Source: a virus. Taken from it: DNA of 64,000 nucleotides. Every line of letters starts with the position of its first letter. The first letter of the stretch is position 1. This document shows, in pieces, positions 18,307 to 27,577 of the stretch. The position numbers and the translations under genes were made by a program. Under the pieces are notes generated by a model, which worked only from the letters and a program-made list of their open reading frames with translations, searched no databases and was not told the DNA's origin. Location of the stretch: IMG/VR virus record IMGVR_UViG_3300035696_000041. One strand, 5' to 3'.

Positions 18307-18627
18307 TTATCGTTGGATTCTCCACATTGAGTAACGTTTCCAGATGAAGAACTTGATGCGTCCTGGTACTTGCCATCGTATCATCACCCACCAGAACGCC
18401 GCAGCCACGAGGCCACTGAGCAGTTGTACCATGTCGGTAGGGTGAAAGGGGAAATGCCATCCGTAGAGGAAAAGGTAGAAGGGGAGGCGAACGAAGGCGA
18501 GCAAGAAGAGACACGCTATGCCGAAGCCGATGAGGTCGCCGAGGCCATTGATGCCTTTCCAATCGCCGTGATATTTCATGGCGTGAGTGACCGCCATGCC
18601 GAGGAAAACGATAATGAGTAGGTCCAT
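18307..18627 (-). CDS. membrane protein
   Basis: Multiple TM segments. Start moved to ATG 18627, 7 nt downstream of the predicted TSS. Confidence 0.45.
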   Translation of the reverse strand: MDLLIIVFLGMAVTHAMKYHGDWKGINGLGDLIGFGIACLFLLAFVRLPFYLFLYGWHFPFHPTDMVQLLSGLVAAAFWWVMIRWQVPGRIKFFIWKRYSMWRIQR

Positions 18628-18637
18628 AATTTTCAAC

Positions 18638-18670
18638 ACCAATATAGCACAGCTTTATAAAATGTCAAGC
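18638..18670 (-). promoter_or_regulatory. sigma70-type promoter (family member b) with palindromic TTTTATAAAA spacer
   Basis: Minus strand TTGACA-TTTTATAAAGCTGTGC-TATATT. Confidence 0.45.
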
Positions 18671-18672
18671 CC

Positions 18673-19035
18673 TTAGATAATGACGGGTTGATATTCATCC
18701 CGAAGTAGGTCGAAGGGTGACATGTAGCAGAGGCCAATCCTGTAGTCCGCATAGGCCACGGTACGCTTTTGATGATACAGCTTGACGAAGAGAGGGTCTT
18801 TGCTGCGATACTCGTTGTAGTACACCACGGCGTTGGTCAACCTATACTTTTCCTTCTCGGGCACAAGGAAGTTCTCCCATATGATTTGATTTGGAGAGAA
18901 TTCAACGTAGGGGCCACGCTTACCAATAACCACACGCAAGTAGCCGTAAGCGAGATAGAGACCGCCTTGAGAGTAGAACTTCAAGTCGGCCCCGTGCTCG
19001 ACGTTTATCAGCAACCTTTTCTCCCATTTACTCAT
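18673..19035 (-). CDS. hypothetical protein
   Basis: 120-aa ORF. Confidence 0.4.
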   Translation of the reverse strand: MSKWEKRLLINVEHGADLKFYSQGGLYLAYGYLRVVIGKRGPYVEFSPNQIIWENFLVPEKEKYRLTNAVVYYNEYRSKDPLFVKLYHQKRTVAYADYRIGLCYMSPFDLLRDEYQPVII

Positions 19036-19412
19036 TGGAGTGTTTTTACTATGTCTTTGGCGAGTGTAAGTAACTCGGCTTCCGAGAATGATGCCTTGGC
19101 AAGATTGGCGTGGTAATCAACAAAGCGAAGATTGGAACGGTCATTTGTCCCGCCAGAACTCAACGGTATGGTATGGTCAATAGATATATTTTCTCGGGTA
19201 AGATGTCTTCCTGTAAGAGGACATTTTAAGCATTGTCGCTTGGCTATTTTCCACAAATCGAAAGCCGAGATTTGTATTCTAAACTTATACCTCAAGGTTT
19301 TAGCGGCATAACTGAAATAACGTCTCTGCCGCTTCCGTTTTCTTTTTTGACGCCATCGTTCCCGGCATCGAGGATTCATTTTTTCACGAAGGTATTTTTG
19401 TTTATCGTAACT
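19032..19412 (-). CDS. HNH endonuclease
   Basis: CLKCPLTGRHL...IDHTIPLSSGGTNDRSNLRFVDYHANLAK HNH motif. Start trimmed to ATG 19412, because the upstream part of the ORF translates the terminator hairpin. Confidence 0.6.
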   Translation of the reverse strand, partial: SYDKQKYLREKMNPRCRERWRQKRKRKRQRRYFSYAAKTLRYKFRIQISAFDLWKIAKRQCLKCPLTGRHLTRENISIDHTIPLSSGGTNDRSNLRFVDYHANLAKASFSEAELLTLAKDIVKTLQ

Positions 19413-19423
19413 CATTAAAATAA

Positions 19424-19456
19424 AAGGGAGTGAGCCACCCGAAAGGCTCACTCCCA
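19424..19456 (-). terminator. rho-independent terminator
   Basis: On the minus strand GGGAGTGAGCC-tttcgggt-GGCTCACTCCC followed by TTTTATTTT. Lies downstream of rIIB. Confidence 0.6.
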
Positions 19457-19505
19457 ACAGTCTCGTGAACGCTAGAAAACGAGTACTGTTCTTCTTGCGA
19501 AGATG

Positions 19506-21125
19506 TTAGACGACGTGGTAGCCAGTGACATAACCACGGATGATTTCGGCGTGTTCGGGACTGTCCGCACCTTTTTCATCGCCACTGAGCCACTTGGGAC
19601 CACGACCAGAGGCACGGTCCTTCTGACCCTCGGCAAGCCCCTCGGCGTAGCGAGTGGAGTTGCTTTGGCGGGTCTCGATGTACTTAACTATATCCAAGAC
19701 CGTCGCAGAAATCGCTTTTTCTGCGTCTTCGTCGGGAATTTCAAAGCCGAATTCCTCTTCGAGAGCCATCGCCAGTTCCACCCCGTCAAGGGAATCAATA
19801 CCGAAGAAGCCACTGTCCATCCTCTCATTGGGCTTGATGTCAGCCTCATTGAGTCCAAGCTGTTCGGCCAGAAGGGCACGGACTTTGATATACGTAGGGT
19901 TATTCTCGGCGGTGACTTCGGCGTCAATGCGGGCCTTGTCCTCGGGCGAGAGGAAGTTACTCAGCACCGCACCGACCAGTTCAGCCGTAGGAGTTCCGCC
20001 CACAGCATTGGGAATCGGCTCAGTCTCGTTACAACCGCAACCACACACGTCGGTAAGGCGAGCAGAGACGCCGGGGCTTTGCAGAGGCACCACGGGGACC
20101 GGAGCCACGGGAGCATTGGGAATCGGCTCGGCCACGGGAGGCGGGCCGTCGTGCGTACCAATCGGGGGAATCTCGTCCTTGGGAGTGCATCCGCAATAGT
20201 CGAGTTTTTCACCGCAAACGTCGCAAGTGCAAGTGCAATCCTCGGAAGGTTCACCGCACTTGTCGCAGACTTCGGTATCACAATCACACTCCCCATCGGG
20301 AGCACCGCATTGATGGCAGATACCCTCGTCGTCGGGTTCGTAGTCGGTGCAGAGAGTGTCGGGCAGCGGGCCATTGTACTCGCCGATGACAGTGTACTTG
20401 CAGCAACGAAGCTTCTGACAATTGCAATCATCGGGCACGCTCACCACGTCGGCGGGGTCAATTTCGACGATGACCACACGCCTGCCCCAACCTTTTGCAT
20501 ACGCAAGGGAGCCAGCGTGCAAGCCGAAGGAGCAGCCATTGTGATAGTTATCGTCCACCGAGGAACGCTCGACTTCAATCGTGGACCCGACTTCGTTAAG
20601 CAAACGCCCGCTTTCGTCAACACGCCCTTGGAGAACGACGGTTTCCTTGTTGCCGTTGATGGACCAGAAGTCCAACGTGACTCCCTTGTAGGCGAGGAAG
20701 GTGCCACGGACAGTGAGCGGCATCCCCCGATGCTCAAGAAAGTTATACATTTCGGCGATAGCACGGGCCGAAGGATTCTTCATCTTCCGCTCGATGTAGT
20801 TGGCAATGGGCTTGTAACTCAGCCCGTCCTTCATGAACGCCAGCACCCGCTCGGCGTCAATGGTGTGAATGGGTCGGCCAGCGTAGGTCACGCCCGAGGG
20901 GCAGACGGAGAGACGGCCAACGGTGTAGGTCTCCACGGCGGTCTTCAAATCCATGAGGGCGAGTAATTCGTCGGTAGGTCCAGTAAAGGTGCTGCCCTCG
21001 TAGCCGATGCGGTTGAACACCTTGTTGATGTCTTCCCATTTCGGATGGTCGGCTCGGGCAGTCTTAAGGCCAGTATCGTCAACCACCAGGATGGTGTCTT
21101 GCGTTCGAGATATGGTTTTTATCAT
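19506..21125 (-). CDS. rIIB: rIIB-like protein fused to a C-terminal acyl carrier protein (ACP) domain via a Cys-rich linker
   Basis: [35 protein letters not shown]...CKYTVIGEY parallels T4 rIIB (CSRGLHVCS...VHPRDVVSIP...CQYEVVEDV). C-terminal [42 protein letters not shown] is a canonical ACP with DSL phosphopantetheine site. Confidence 0.7.
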   Translation of the reverse strand: MIKTISRTQDTILVVDDTGLKTARADHPKWEDINKVFNRIGYEGSTFTGPTDELLALMDLKTAVETYTVGRLSVCPSGVTYAGRPIHTIDAERVLAFMKDGLSYKPIANYIERKMKNPSARAIAEMYNFLEHRGMPLTVRGTFLAYKGVTLDFWSINGNKETVVLQGRVDESGRLLNEVGSTIEVERSSVDDNYHNGCSFGLHAGSLAYAKGWGRRVVIVEIDPADVVSVPDDCNCQKLRCCKYTVIGEYNGPLPDTLCTDYEPDDEGICHQCGAPDGECDCDTEVCDKCGEPSEDCTCTCDVCGEKLDYCGCTPKDEIPPIGTHDGPPPVAEPIPNAPVAPVPVVPLQSPGVSARLTDVCGCGCNETEPIPNAVGGTPTAELVGAVLSNFLSPEDKARIDAEVTAENNPTYIKVRALLAEQLGLNEADIKPNERMDSGFFGIDSLDGVELAMALEEEFGFEIPDEDAEKAISATVLDIVKYIETRQSNSTRYAEGLAEGQKDRASGRGPKWLSGDEKGADSPEHAEIIRGYVTGYHVV

Positions 21126-21130
21126 ATGCC

Positions 21131-21163
21131 GTTATTATAACACACGTTTCGCCTTTGTCAAGG
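21131..21163 (-). promoter_or_regulatory. sigma70-type promoter (member c), leaderless for rIIB
   Basis: TTGACA-16-GTGTGTTATAAT. TSS about 21127 vs ATG 21125. Confidence 0.45.
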
Positions 21164-21587
21164 GGAGAGTTTCAAACAGAGGGACTTTCTGTTGAAACGG
21201 GTTATGCTCGTCCATCCAACCCCTGAACATTCTCTGCAACTGAGCCTCGGTAGTGGCGGTTTTACCGGGACGATGGACGAACCCAAAAGATGTACTTTCG
21301 ATTCTATACGGATGGTCTTGGAAGAACACTTCGTCGGCACAACCCGCAAATTGTTTGAGAGTCAAGTCAATGTAGTAGCCGTTCCAAGTGACGTAGCAAT
21401 GGCAGTCATTCATGTGGAAGACGGGTTTGAGACCCATTTCTTTCAACGCACGGAATACGAGATAGCTACATATTCCACATGCACCGCCCAACCTGTCTAT
21501 CTGAAAGGAAAGGTTGTTCTTAACAACGTGCTCCACGAATTCCTCTCGGATGGCAGTCACTACGTATTTGACTCTCTGAATGTTCAT
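21135..21587 (-). CDS. hypothetical protein
   Basis: 150-aa ORF between rIIA and rIIB. Confidence 0.4.
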   Translation of the reverse strand: MNIQRVKYVVTAIREEFVEHVVKNNLSFQIDRLGGACGICSYLVFRALKEMGLKPVFHMNDCHCYVTWNGYYIDLTLKQFAGCADEVFFQDHPYRIESTSFGFVHRPGKTATTEAQLQRMFRGWMDEHNPFQQKVPLFETLPLTKAKRVL

Positions 21588-23974
21588 GCGGCCACAGCCT
21601 CTTTCGGTTGTTCAACCTTGGTTGCCTCGACGGGGGTCGTATCCTTCGTCAGATATTCATAAACATCGAGGGCGTTGACGTATCGGGCAATTTTCGTCAT
21701 GTCATCTTCGTTGACGTTGTTGGCGTACTCCAACGTATTCCACGGCAGATAAGGATACGCTTTCTGAGCCTCTTCCTCGGCTTTCTCGAAGTTGATGGTG
21801 CCCTTGTGCTCGCCTCGGAGGCTAGTCCATTGGCCGATGCCATCGAAAGCGTCCTTGATTTTGACATACAAGTCAAAATTCTTGTCGCCCACGGTCTTGA
21901 TAAGCCGCAGCAAGGGGCTGTTCTTGTCCATGATTTTGGGCACCAGCATCTTGGCCGCTTCCTCACAGACCTTGGTGGTGTTCTCGTAATTCTCGGCATC
22001 CACCATAAAGTCCACGTTGACCGTGAGGTTCGGCATGGCCTCGTCAATGGCTTTCCATATCAGTTTCCAGTCGCCCGACTCCTTGGCCTGATTGAACCAC
22101 TTGCTCTCGTCGGTCTTGGCGTTAATGATATAGATGCGGTCGGCGTCAATGTCCAACTCTTCGCACACCGTTTGGAGAGCAACACACGTATCATCGGCAG
22201 AGAAAGAAGTCCAAAGTTCTTTGCCCCGAACGTGCGTCTCGGCAAACCCACGGCGGCGGCGGGTGCTCTCACCAGCGAGGATATAGTACCCACCGTCTTC
22301 GATTTCCCGAATGGGCACTTCACTTTCCATGACTTCGCCCGAGTCAAGGTCCATGTACCGCATAGGGCGGGCACCACCGCCACCGCCACCGTAGTTGCGG
22401 GTGACTTTGTTGGCATTATTCCAAGTCTTGGCCTCGGGCATGAGGTTCGACAGATAGAGAACGGGCACCGAGTCAAACTGGAGTTCCTTATAGAAAAGGT
22501 CTTTCAAAGATTGCTGGTCGAAGGTTAGCACATAGACCGTGCGATAGTGCTTGGCATGACCGTGAATAAGATAGCGAGCCGCCATTTGCTGCCCATGCTT
22601 GCGGCCAGTGTCATTGATGACGACCACGGTATGCGTGGAAGCCATTATAGGCTCGCACTTGTCGGCAGTGCAACGATTGGACTTCACACGGCTCTTCTTC
22701 TTGCGGTACGTCACCAGCACGGGGGCTTGAGGCTCATGCCCCGTATCGCATACGTCGGTCGGGCATACATTGTCGAACCGATTGATGTCGAACCAACCAG
22801 AGCCATCGAGGGTAATGCCGTTCCACGAGAAGGCACCCTTGAAAGTATTCTCAAGTGCCATCAGATTTCCATCCAGAATCTTGATACGGGTCGTGACATC
22901 ATTCAGTTCGTCTTCGCCCTTCTCCACTTCAATCAGCCCCGTGCCGAAGATGGAGTTATACATGATTTTGGCATCCCACAGATTGGCGAGGCCCACGAAT
23001 TTCTCTTGGATGGAGTCTTTGATTTTCGCAAAGATTTCCTTCACCCGATTGACCAGGGCATTGATGGTCTTGTCCGTGTACTCAAGATGCTCCCGAGAGT
23101 CAACGAAGTTGATGTCGCCCATGCCGAAGTAAAGGATAACATCGTTGGCACGAAGCAACTCGAACAGAGCACGGGTCTTGCTGTCGAGGGTCATTTTGTG
23201 ATACAAAACGTTCCAATCAATCTGATACGGAACCCAACCCATGTAGGCCACAGCCGAGGCATTCCCGTCAATCTTGGGACGCACTTCCCAACCTTCACCC
23301 TTGAGGGTCGGAGGGGTGTTACGCCATTTGGTTAGAGACCCACGGTCATCATCCGAGAGGTTCTTGATGGTGGGCATGGTGGGCCAGTTGCGGTAGAAGG
23401 CCACGGCTTCACGATGGAAGGTGTACCACGCATTCTGCTTGACGGGCACCGTAATTTCAATGCCAGCGGGTTCATCGCTCGGGCAACGGTCAACCATGAT
23501 GATGTCGGGCAGCTTGGTGGAATCACCCTTGATGCACTGATAAATAGTCTTTTCTCCGTTAATCCAAGAGGACACCGTGAAGGTATCGGCATGGGCGAAG
23601 CCAGCTTTGCAGCCATACCCGAGGACACCATTCAGCCGATTGTCGCTCCGCTTGCGAGACTCACCAAGGACGGCATAAACATCCTTAATCTCGGTCTCGG
23701 TCAAGCCAGAGCCGAAGTCACGAATTCGAAAGTTAAGGTCTTCCATCGTCGGGAGGGAGACCACAACTTGGTCAATGGGTTTGTCGGCAATGACGTGAGC
23801 ATCGGCGGCATTGGTGCTGTATTCACGCACCACCGCCAATTCTTTGCGGGTGTACATTCTGTCCGAGAGAGTCACCAAGATTCGGGCTTGGGTGTTCTCG
23901 GTCAGTCGGAAATTGGCAACGGGAGTGGTTTGCCCAATCGTATCGAGGGTCTGTAGCGTTTCGTTCGGTATCAT
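21584..23974 (-). CDS. rIIA: rIIA-like protein with N-terminal GHKL (HATPase_c) ATPase fold
   Basis: RELAVVREYSTNAADA (N-box) and IRDFGSGLT (G1 box) of the Bergerat fold. 796 aa, located upstream of rIIB as in T4. Confidence 0.7.
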   Translation of the reverse strand: MIPNETLQTLDTIGQTTPVANFRLTENTQARILVTLSDRMYTRKELAVVREYSTNAADAHVIADKPIDQVVVSLPTMEDLNFRIRDFGSGLTETEIKDVYAVLGESRKRSDNRLNGVLGYGCKAGFAHADTFTVSSWINGEKTIYQCIKGDSTKLPDIIMVDRCPSDEPAGIEITVPVKQNAWYTFHREAVAFYRNWPTMPTIKNLSDDDRGSLTKWRNTPPTLKGEGWEVRPKIDGNASAVAYMGWVPYQIDWNVLYHKMTLDSKTRALFELLRANDVILYFGMGDINFVDSREHLEYTDKTINALVNRVKEIFAKIKDSIQEKFVGLANLWDAKIMYNSIFGTGLIEVEKGEDELNDVTTRIKILDGNLMALENTFKGAFSWNGITLDGSGWFDINRFDNVCPTDVCDTGHEPQAPVLVTYRKKKSRVKSNRCTADKCEPIMASTHTVVVINDTGRKHGQQMAARYLIHGHAKHYRTVYVLTFDQQSLKDLFYKELQFDSVPVLYLSNLMPEAKTWNNANKVTRNYGGGGGGARPMRYMDLDSGEVMESEVPIREIEDGGYYILAGESTRRRRGFAETHVRGKELWTSFSADDTCVALQTVCEELDIDADRIYIINAKTDESKWFNQAKESGDWKLIWKAIDEAMPNLTVNVDFMVDAENYENTTKVCEEAAKMLVPKIMDKNSPLLRLIKTVGDKNFDLYVKIKDAFDGIGQWTSLRGEHKGTINFEKAEEEAQKAYPYLPWNTLEYANNVNEDDMTKIARYVNALDVYEYLTKDTTPVEATKVEQPKEAVAA

Positions 23975-23995
23975 AGCGTTCTGTCAGTTTCGGGA

Positions 23996-24030
23996 CTAAC
24001 CTAACACAGTTTTATAAAATGTCAAGCGGG
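23996..24030 (-). promoter_or_regulatory. sigma70-type promoter (member d) with TTTTATAAAA spacer
   Basis: TTGACA-TTTTATAAAACTGTGT-TAGGTT upstream of rIIA. Weaker -10. Confidence 0.35.
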
Positions 24031-24435
24031 CAGTTCGCCAGTCTCCGCAAAGTATTGAAGGGCAGGCAGTAGCATCTTAACTTGCTTCTGCGAAAGGTGC
24101 ATTCTGTCGGGAACCAGAACGTCGGAATCGGGGAACATGACATCGAGGGATTTTTCTTGCCATCCCCAACCACCGTTGCGGTCACGGGCGGCGTCACTAT
24201 GCCCGAGGACTCGGAAGGTATTGCCCTTATTGTTGACACCAAGCCATATTAGCTCGCCGCCCTCGCCCCCAAAGGCACTGGAGCGTTGGAGGGAGCATGA
24301 CTGCCCATTGGCATCGGTAAACTCGCCACGGAGGAAACCACGGCAAGTGGGAGTCATTTTGATGGGGTTCTCGACCTTGGCTTCGGAGGGCTTTTGGTCA
24401 TTCACGATTTTGACTGCACGGATAGCGTTTTTCAT
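24022..24435 (-). CDS. hypothetical protein
   Basis: 137-aa ORF. Promoter member e at 24441-24473 is leaderless for it. Confidence 0.4.
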   Translation of the reverse strand: MKNAIRAVKIVNDQKPSEAKVENPIKMTPTCRGFLRGEFTDANGQSCSLQRSSAFGGEGGELIWLGVNNKGNTFRVLGHSDAARDRNGGWGWQEKSLDVMFPDSDVLVPDRMHLSQKQVKMLLPALQYFAETGELPA

Positions 24436-24440
24436 ATGCC

Positions 24441-24473
24441 ACTACTGTAGCACACTTTAGTCTTTTGTCAAAT
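24441..24473 (-). promoter_or_regulatory. sigma70-type promoter (member e)
   Basis: TTGACA-16-GTGTGCTACAGT. TSS about 24437 vs ATG 24435. Confidence 0.4.
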
Positions 24474-24717
24474 GGGATTGCCAATTCCCGTCATTTTCTT
24501 TTTGCTTCCACTCAAGGTAAAGGGTGTGGTTCAGCCAACAGAAGAAGACGTTCTGGGCGGTGAGAAAAACATACACAATTGCCCACCCATAGCGGTGAAG
24601 ATGGAGCATTTGCAAAAAGCAGAGCACCATGAGGAAGGCGAGCACGGCTTGAATCCATGCCCATACGTAACGGTCTTTACCGTACGGGTGAAAGCAGAAT
24701 TGTCTTATTTTGTTCAT
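24457..24717 (-). CDS. small membrane protein, paralog 1
   Basis: FCFHPYGKDRYVWAW... shares its N-terminal motif and TM layout with the next ORF. Confidence 0.45.
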   Translation of the reverse strand: MNKIRQFCFHPYGKDRYVWAWIQAVLAFLMVLCFLQMLHLHRYGWAIVYVFLTAQNVFFCWLNHTLYLEWKQKENDGNWQSHLTKD

Positions 24718-24979
24718 GTCGTTGTACTTCTTTCCATTCGGCGTGAATCATGAAATTGGCGAGGCATGTTATGGCATTCCAGCCAAAAGCACACATATTG
24801 CTGAGGCTGACGAGGGTGCGGTCTTCAACGAAGGCCACGACGCCGCAGCATAAACATAGCAAACACATGACGCCGTGCATCCAACCCCGCCAGTACCTAT
24901 CCCTACATGTAGGGAAGAAGCAGAAGCGGAAGATGGGGTGCATTGTGCCATATCGCCAATGTCGAAAGCCACGCCACAT
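24677..24979 (-). CDS. small membrane protein, paralog 2
   Basis: FCFFPTCRDRYWRGW... is a tandem paralog of 24457..24717. Confidence 0.45.
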   Translation of the reverse strand: MWRGFRHWRYGTMHPIFRFCFFPTCRDRYWRGWMHGVMCLLCLCCGVVAFVEDRTLVSLSNMCAFGWNAITCLANFMIHAEWKEVQRHEQNKTILLSPVR

Positions 24980-24983
24980 GCAG

Positions 24984-25295
24984 TTACTCCATTCCAGAAT
25001 GCACTAGAAACAATGCGATGAGGATGCCGAGGACAATAGCCGCAGCAATCCACCATCCGATATGGAGGTCACGTTTCTGCGAGGGTTCCATTACCACCCC
25101 TTGGAGATAAAGTGGTAGGCAACGTAGCCGAGGCCAGCGAGGGCACAGAGGACGATTACCGCCCACACGCACCACAGGGCAAATCCCACCCCCCAAGAGC
25201 CGCCCGAGGGTCAGCCCTTTGTTGGTGTTCACGTCATGCTGCTTGAACAAGTCCGCAGCCGTTTTGTCGGGGTCAGAGAATAGATTGTTACTCAT
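24984..25295 (-). CDS. hypothetical protein
   Basis: Start at ATG 25295 (MSNNLF), directly at the TSS of promoter member f. C-terminal hydrophobic segment. Confidence 0.35.
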   Translation of the reverse strand: MSNNLFSDPDKTAADLFKQHDVNTNKGLTLGRLLGGGICPVVRVGGNRPLCPRWPRLRCLPLYLQGVVMEPSQKRDLHIGWWIAAAIVLGILIALFLVHSGME

Positions 25296-25298
25296 GCC

Positions 25299-25331
25299 GA
25301 CAATATAGCACACCCCGACAAATTGTCAAGG
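25299..25331 (-). promoter_or_regulatory. sigma70-type promoter (member f), leaderless
   Basis: TTGACA-16-GTGTGCTATATT. Confidence 0.45.
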
Positions 25332-25333
25332 GA

Positions 25334-25612
25334 CTATCTGTGAGGCGGGCCGTGGGGAGGGCCATGAGGGGGCGGCGGATGGATGGGATAGCCCGGGCGG
25401 TGAACTGGATACCAATACCCATGTGGACCCCAGTAGCCTACGATTATTCCACCCTCGTAAAAAGGATACCAATCGGTGTACACCACGGGAGCGGGTGCGG
25501 TGACGGGTGCGGTGACAATGACACCGGGAGGCGGTGGGCCTTGAACATAAACGGTGCGAGTTACGCAACCAGCAAGGGCTACGAGTCCGATGAGCAATAG
25601 GAGTTTTTTCAT
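25334..25612 (-). CDS. lipoprotein, Pro/Tyr/Gly-rich
   Basis: Signal peptide MKKLLLLIGLVALAGC with lipobox LAGC. Repetitive PPPHGPPHGPP tail. Confidence 0.55.
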   Translation of the reverse strand: MKKLLLLIGLVALAGCVTRTVYVQGPPPPGVIVTAPVTAPAPVVYTDWYPFYEGGIIVGYWGPHGYWYPVHRPGYPIHPPPPHGPPHGPPHR

Positions 25613-26202
25613 ACTTTTCCGTGTTCTGGAGCCTTGACTACATCAAGTCTCTCACAATCGTCCATTCGAGCACTGATACCGTCGCATAGATGCAACAGCC
25701 ATGCACAATGAGTCTTCGGTGCCACAGGGCTTCCGAATTCTCTCTTGCCGTGGTGGGCAAGAATATCATGGAGGACTACATCATGATACATATCATTCAG
25801 TTCCGAGAACTTCCCAATGATGTCGTGCCAAATGAGAGCCGAACGAGGAAGGTGGTAAATCAGCCGCTTGTGCTCTGTCCCCGCCCATTCTACGAACAGC
25901 TTGTCTTTCGGCACATAGTCATACATCTTACCCGTGTCATGGAAGAGTGCCGCCAAGTAGTATTCCCGAGGGTCCACCTTGCCGCAGAGATTCAACTGAG
26001 GGATGATATGCATACCTACATCAACTATCTCCCACGTATGTCGAGCAAGACCGCCTCTCCCGTAGTGATGCAACAGCTTGTTATGACTCCCCGACCAATC
26101 TAGGAAGTCGGGATACCGATAGAGAAGTTCGTCATAGACCGGCATGACATTCATCTTGACTGCCATGCTACGGAGTAACTCGCCATGTGTTGGTTCGCTC
26201 AT
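25609..26202 (-). CDS. HD-domain phosphohydrolase
   Basis: H...HD...D signature (LHHYGRGG, LFHDTGK). Confidence 0.55.
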   Translation of the reverse strand: MSEPTHGELLRSMAVKMNVMPVYDELLYRYPDFLDWSGSHNKLLHHYGRGGLARHTWEIVDVGMHIIPQLNLCGKVDPREYYLAALFHDTGKMYDYVPKDKLFVEWAGTEHKRLIYHLPRSALIWHDIIGKFSELNDMYHDVVLHDILAHHGKREFGSPVAPKTHCAWLLHLCDGISARMDDCERLDVVKAPEHGKV

Positions 26203-26654
26203 GTTAGGTATTTCAGTGCCATGTAGTTGATGACTAGGTGAAGGAAGTTATCATGGATGATGTAGAGCCAAATAGAGATACCAAAGAGCCGAGGCTTGTG
26301 ATAACGTTCGGTGGAACCATCGCCCGAGGGGTTATTGACATGGACACTATTGAAAGGGCTGTCATCATAATACCCCGTAGTGTTACACTTGCCATACTCG
26401 GGGTAATCCAGTTTAGGATTCAAATGCCCTCGCAGCCAGATGAACCGCTTGAGAGGCGTGTGGAACCTATCCAAAAGAAAGTGGGTTGCCCCGATGACGA
26501 GTAAGGCTTTCCACGAGGTAGTAAGTATCAGAAAGCAACTCGTGTATATGAGGACGTGGACGAGACATGGGAAAGACTTCTTGCTCTTGTTAAGAGCCAT
26601 CCAGTCAGATTGGAGAACGAAGTCACCGAAGAGATGTACCAATAGTTGTTCCAT
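26199..26654 (-). CDS. membrane protein (DUF3307-like)
   Basis: N-terminal HLFGDFVLQSDW and several TM helices. Leaderless start at promoter member g. Confidence 0.4.
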   Translation of the reverse strand: MEQLLVHLFGDFVLQSDWMALNKSKKSFPCLVHVLIYTSCFLILTTSWKALLVIGATHFLLDRFHTPLKRFIWLRGHLNPKLDYPEYGKCNTTGYYDDSPFNSVHVNNPSGDGSTERYHKPRLFGISIWLYIIHDNFLHLVINYMALKYLT

Positions 26655-26659
26655 ACTGC

Positions 26660-26693
26660 TATACTATAGCACTATGGAGCCTTCTTGTCAACC
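26660..26693 (-). promoter_or_regulatory. sigma70-type promoter (member g)
   Basis: TTGACA-17-TAGTGCTATAGT. TSS about 26656 vs ATG 26654. Confidence 0.4.
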
Positions 26694-26950
26694 TTCTTTA
26701 GCTCTATCTTTTTTGGTGGGCAGTTGACTTCAAGGTTGACTTGCTCACTCGCCCGTTGGTGGTCCATAATCTTCTGAACCAGTTCCCGCAGTTCCCTATC
26801 AATACGCTCGGGAGTGTTCCAATCGGCTTGTCCTCGGCATGGACAGCGGCACAAGTCTCCACCAAAGACGCCGGGAGGGGCAGGATGCCCCAACTCACAA
26901 GCACCGTGGTTGCCATTCTCACATGCATGACATAGGTATAGATAAACCAT
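26672..26950 (-). CDS. hypothetical Cys-rich protein
   Basis: CHACENGNHGACE...CRCPCRG. Confidence 0.35.
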   Translation of the reverse strand: MVYLYLCHACENGNHGACELGHPAPPGVFGGDLCRCPCRGQADWNTPERIDRELRELVQKIMDHQRASEQVNLEVNCPPKKIELKKVDKKAP

Positions 26951-26951
26951 A

Positions 26952-27158
26952 CTACAGAGTCTCGTTGATGAATACACCTTTCAGACGACGCCAAAAGGAC
27001 TTCCAATGGAAAGTCTTGATGTCTTCACACCGAGGGCAGTATTCCATTTGGAAGTCTTTCGTGTTCCGCAAATGAAGGTGATGTTCCCAATCGGGCTTCT
27101 GGCACTCGCATGGAGGCTCTTGGGACGGGGCAGAATGTAATAGAGAAGTGACTTGCAT
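26952..27158 (-). CDS. hypothetical Cys-rich small protein
   Basis: 68-aa ORF. Confidence 0.3.
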   Translation of the reverse strand: MQVTSLLHSAPSQEPPCECQKPDWEHHLHLRNTKDFQMEYCPRCEDIKTFHWKSFWRRLKGVFINETL

Positions 27159-27159
27159 G

Positions 27160-27429
27160 TTATCCTACCCCGTGATACAGTTTCTCACGTTCGGCCTTAT
27201 CAGCCTCGGCCTCTTTAGCTTTGCGTGCGGCCAAGTCTGCTTCAAGGACTTCAAGCCTTCGATGTATCTTACCAAGTTCCCCCATCATAAGCATATTGAA
27301 CTTCGTGATATTAGCAGTCTGAATCTCTTCCCTGTCCATGTCTCTGAATTTGAATCCAAACATATTAACCCCACGGTCCCCCGCCATAATGGCCAGTACC
27401 ACTGCCGCCTTCGGACTTATGGTCTTCAA
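27160..27429 (-). CDS. hypothetical protein with C-terminal coiled coil
   Basis: 89 aa, EVLEADLAARKAKEAEADKAEREK. Confidence 0.35.
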   Translation of the reverse strand: MKTISPKAAVVLAIMAGDRGVNMFGFKFRDMDREEIQTANITKFNMLMMGELGKIHRRLEVLEADLAARKAKEAEADKAEREKLYHGVG

Positions 27430-27577
27430 TCTTCTGCTCCAATGCCTCTATACGCTTGGCCAGAGTCTCAACGGCACTCGTAAGCTTAGTGATAGCGTCC
27501 GAATTGCTGTTGCTGGCGTCTGCCAAGTTTTGGAGACATTCACCTAACACGTTGCGTGGTCCTGTTGCGGGATTCAT
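27365..27577 (-). CDS. hypothetical protein
   Basis: 70-aa ORF. Confidence 0.3.
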   Translation of the reverse strand: MNPATGPRNVLGECLQNLADASNSNSDAITKLTSAVETLAKRIEALEQKIEDHKSEGGSGTGHYGGGPWG

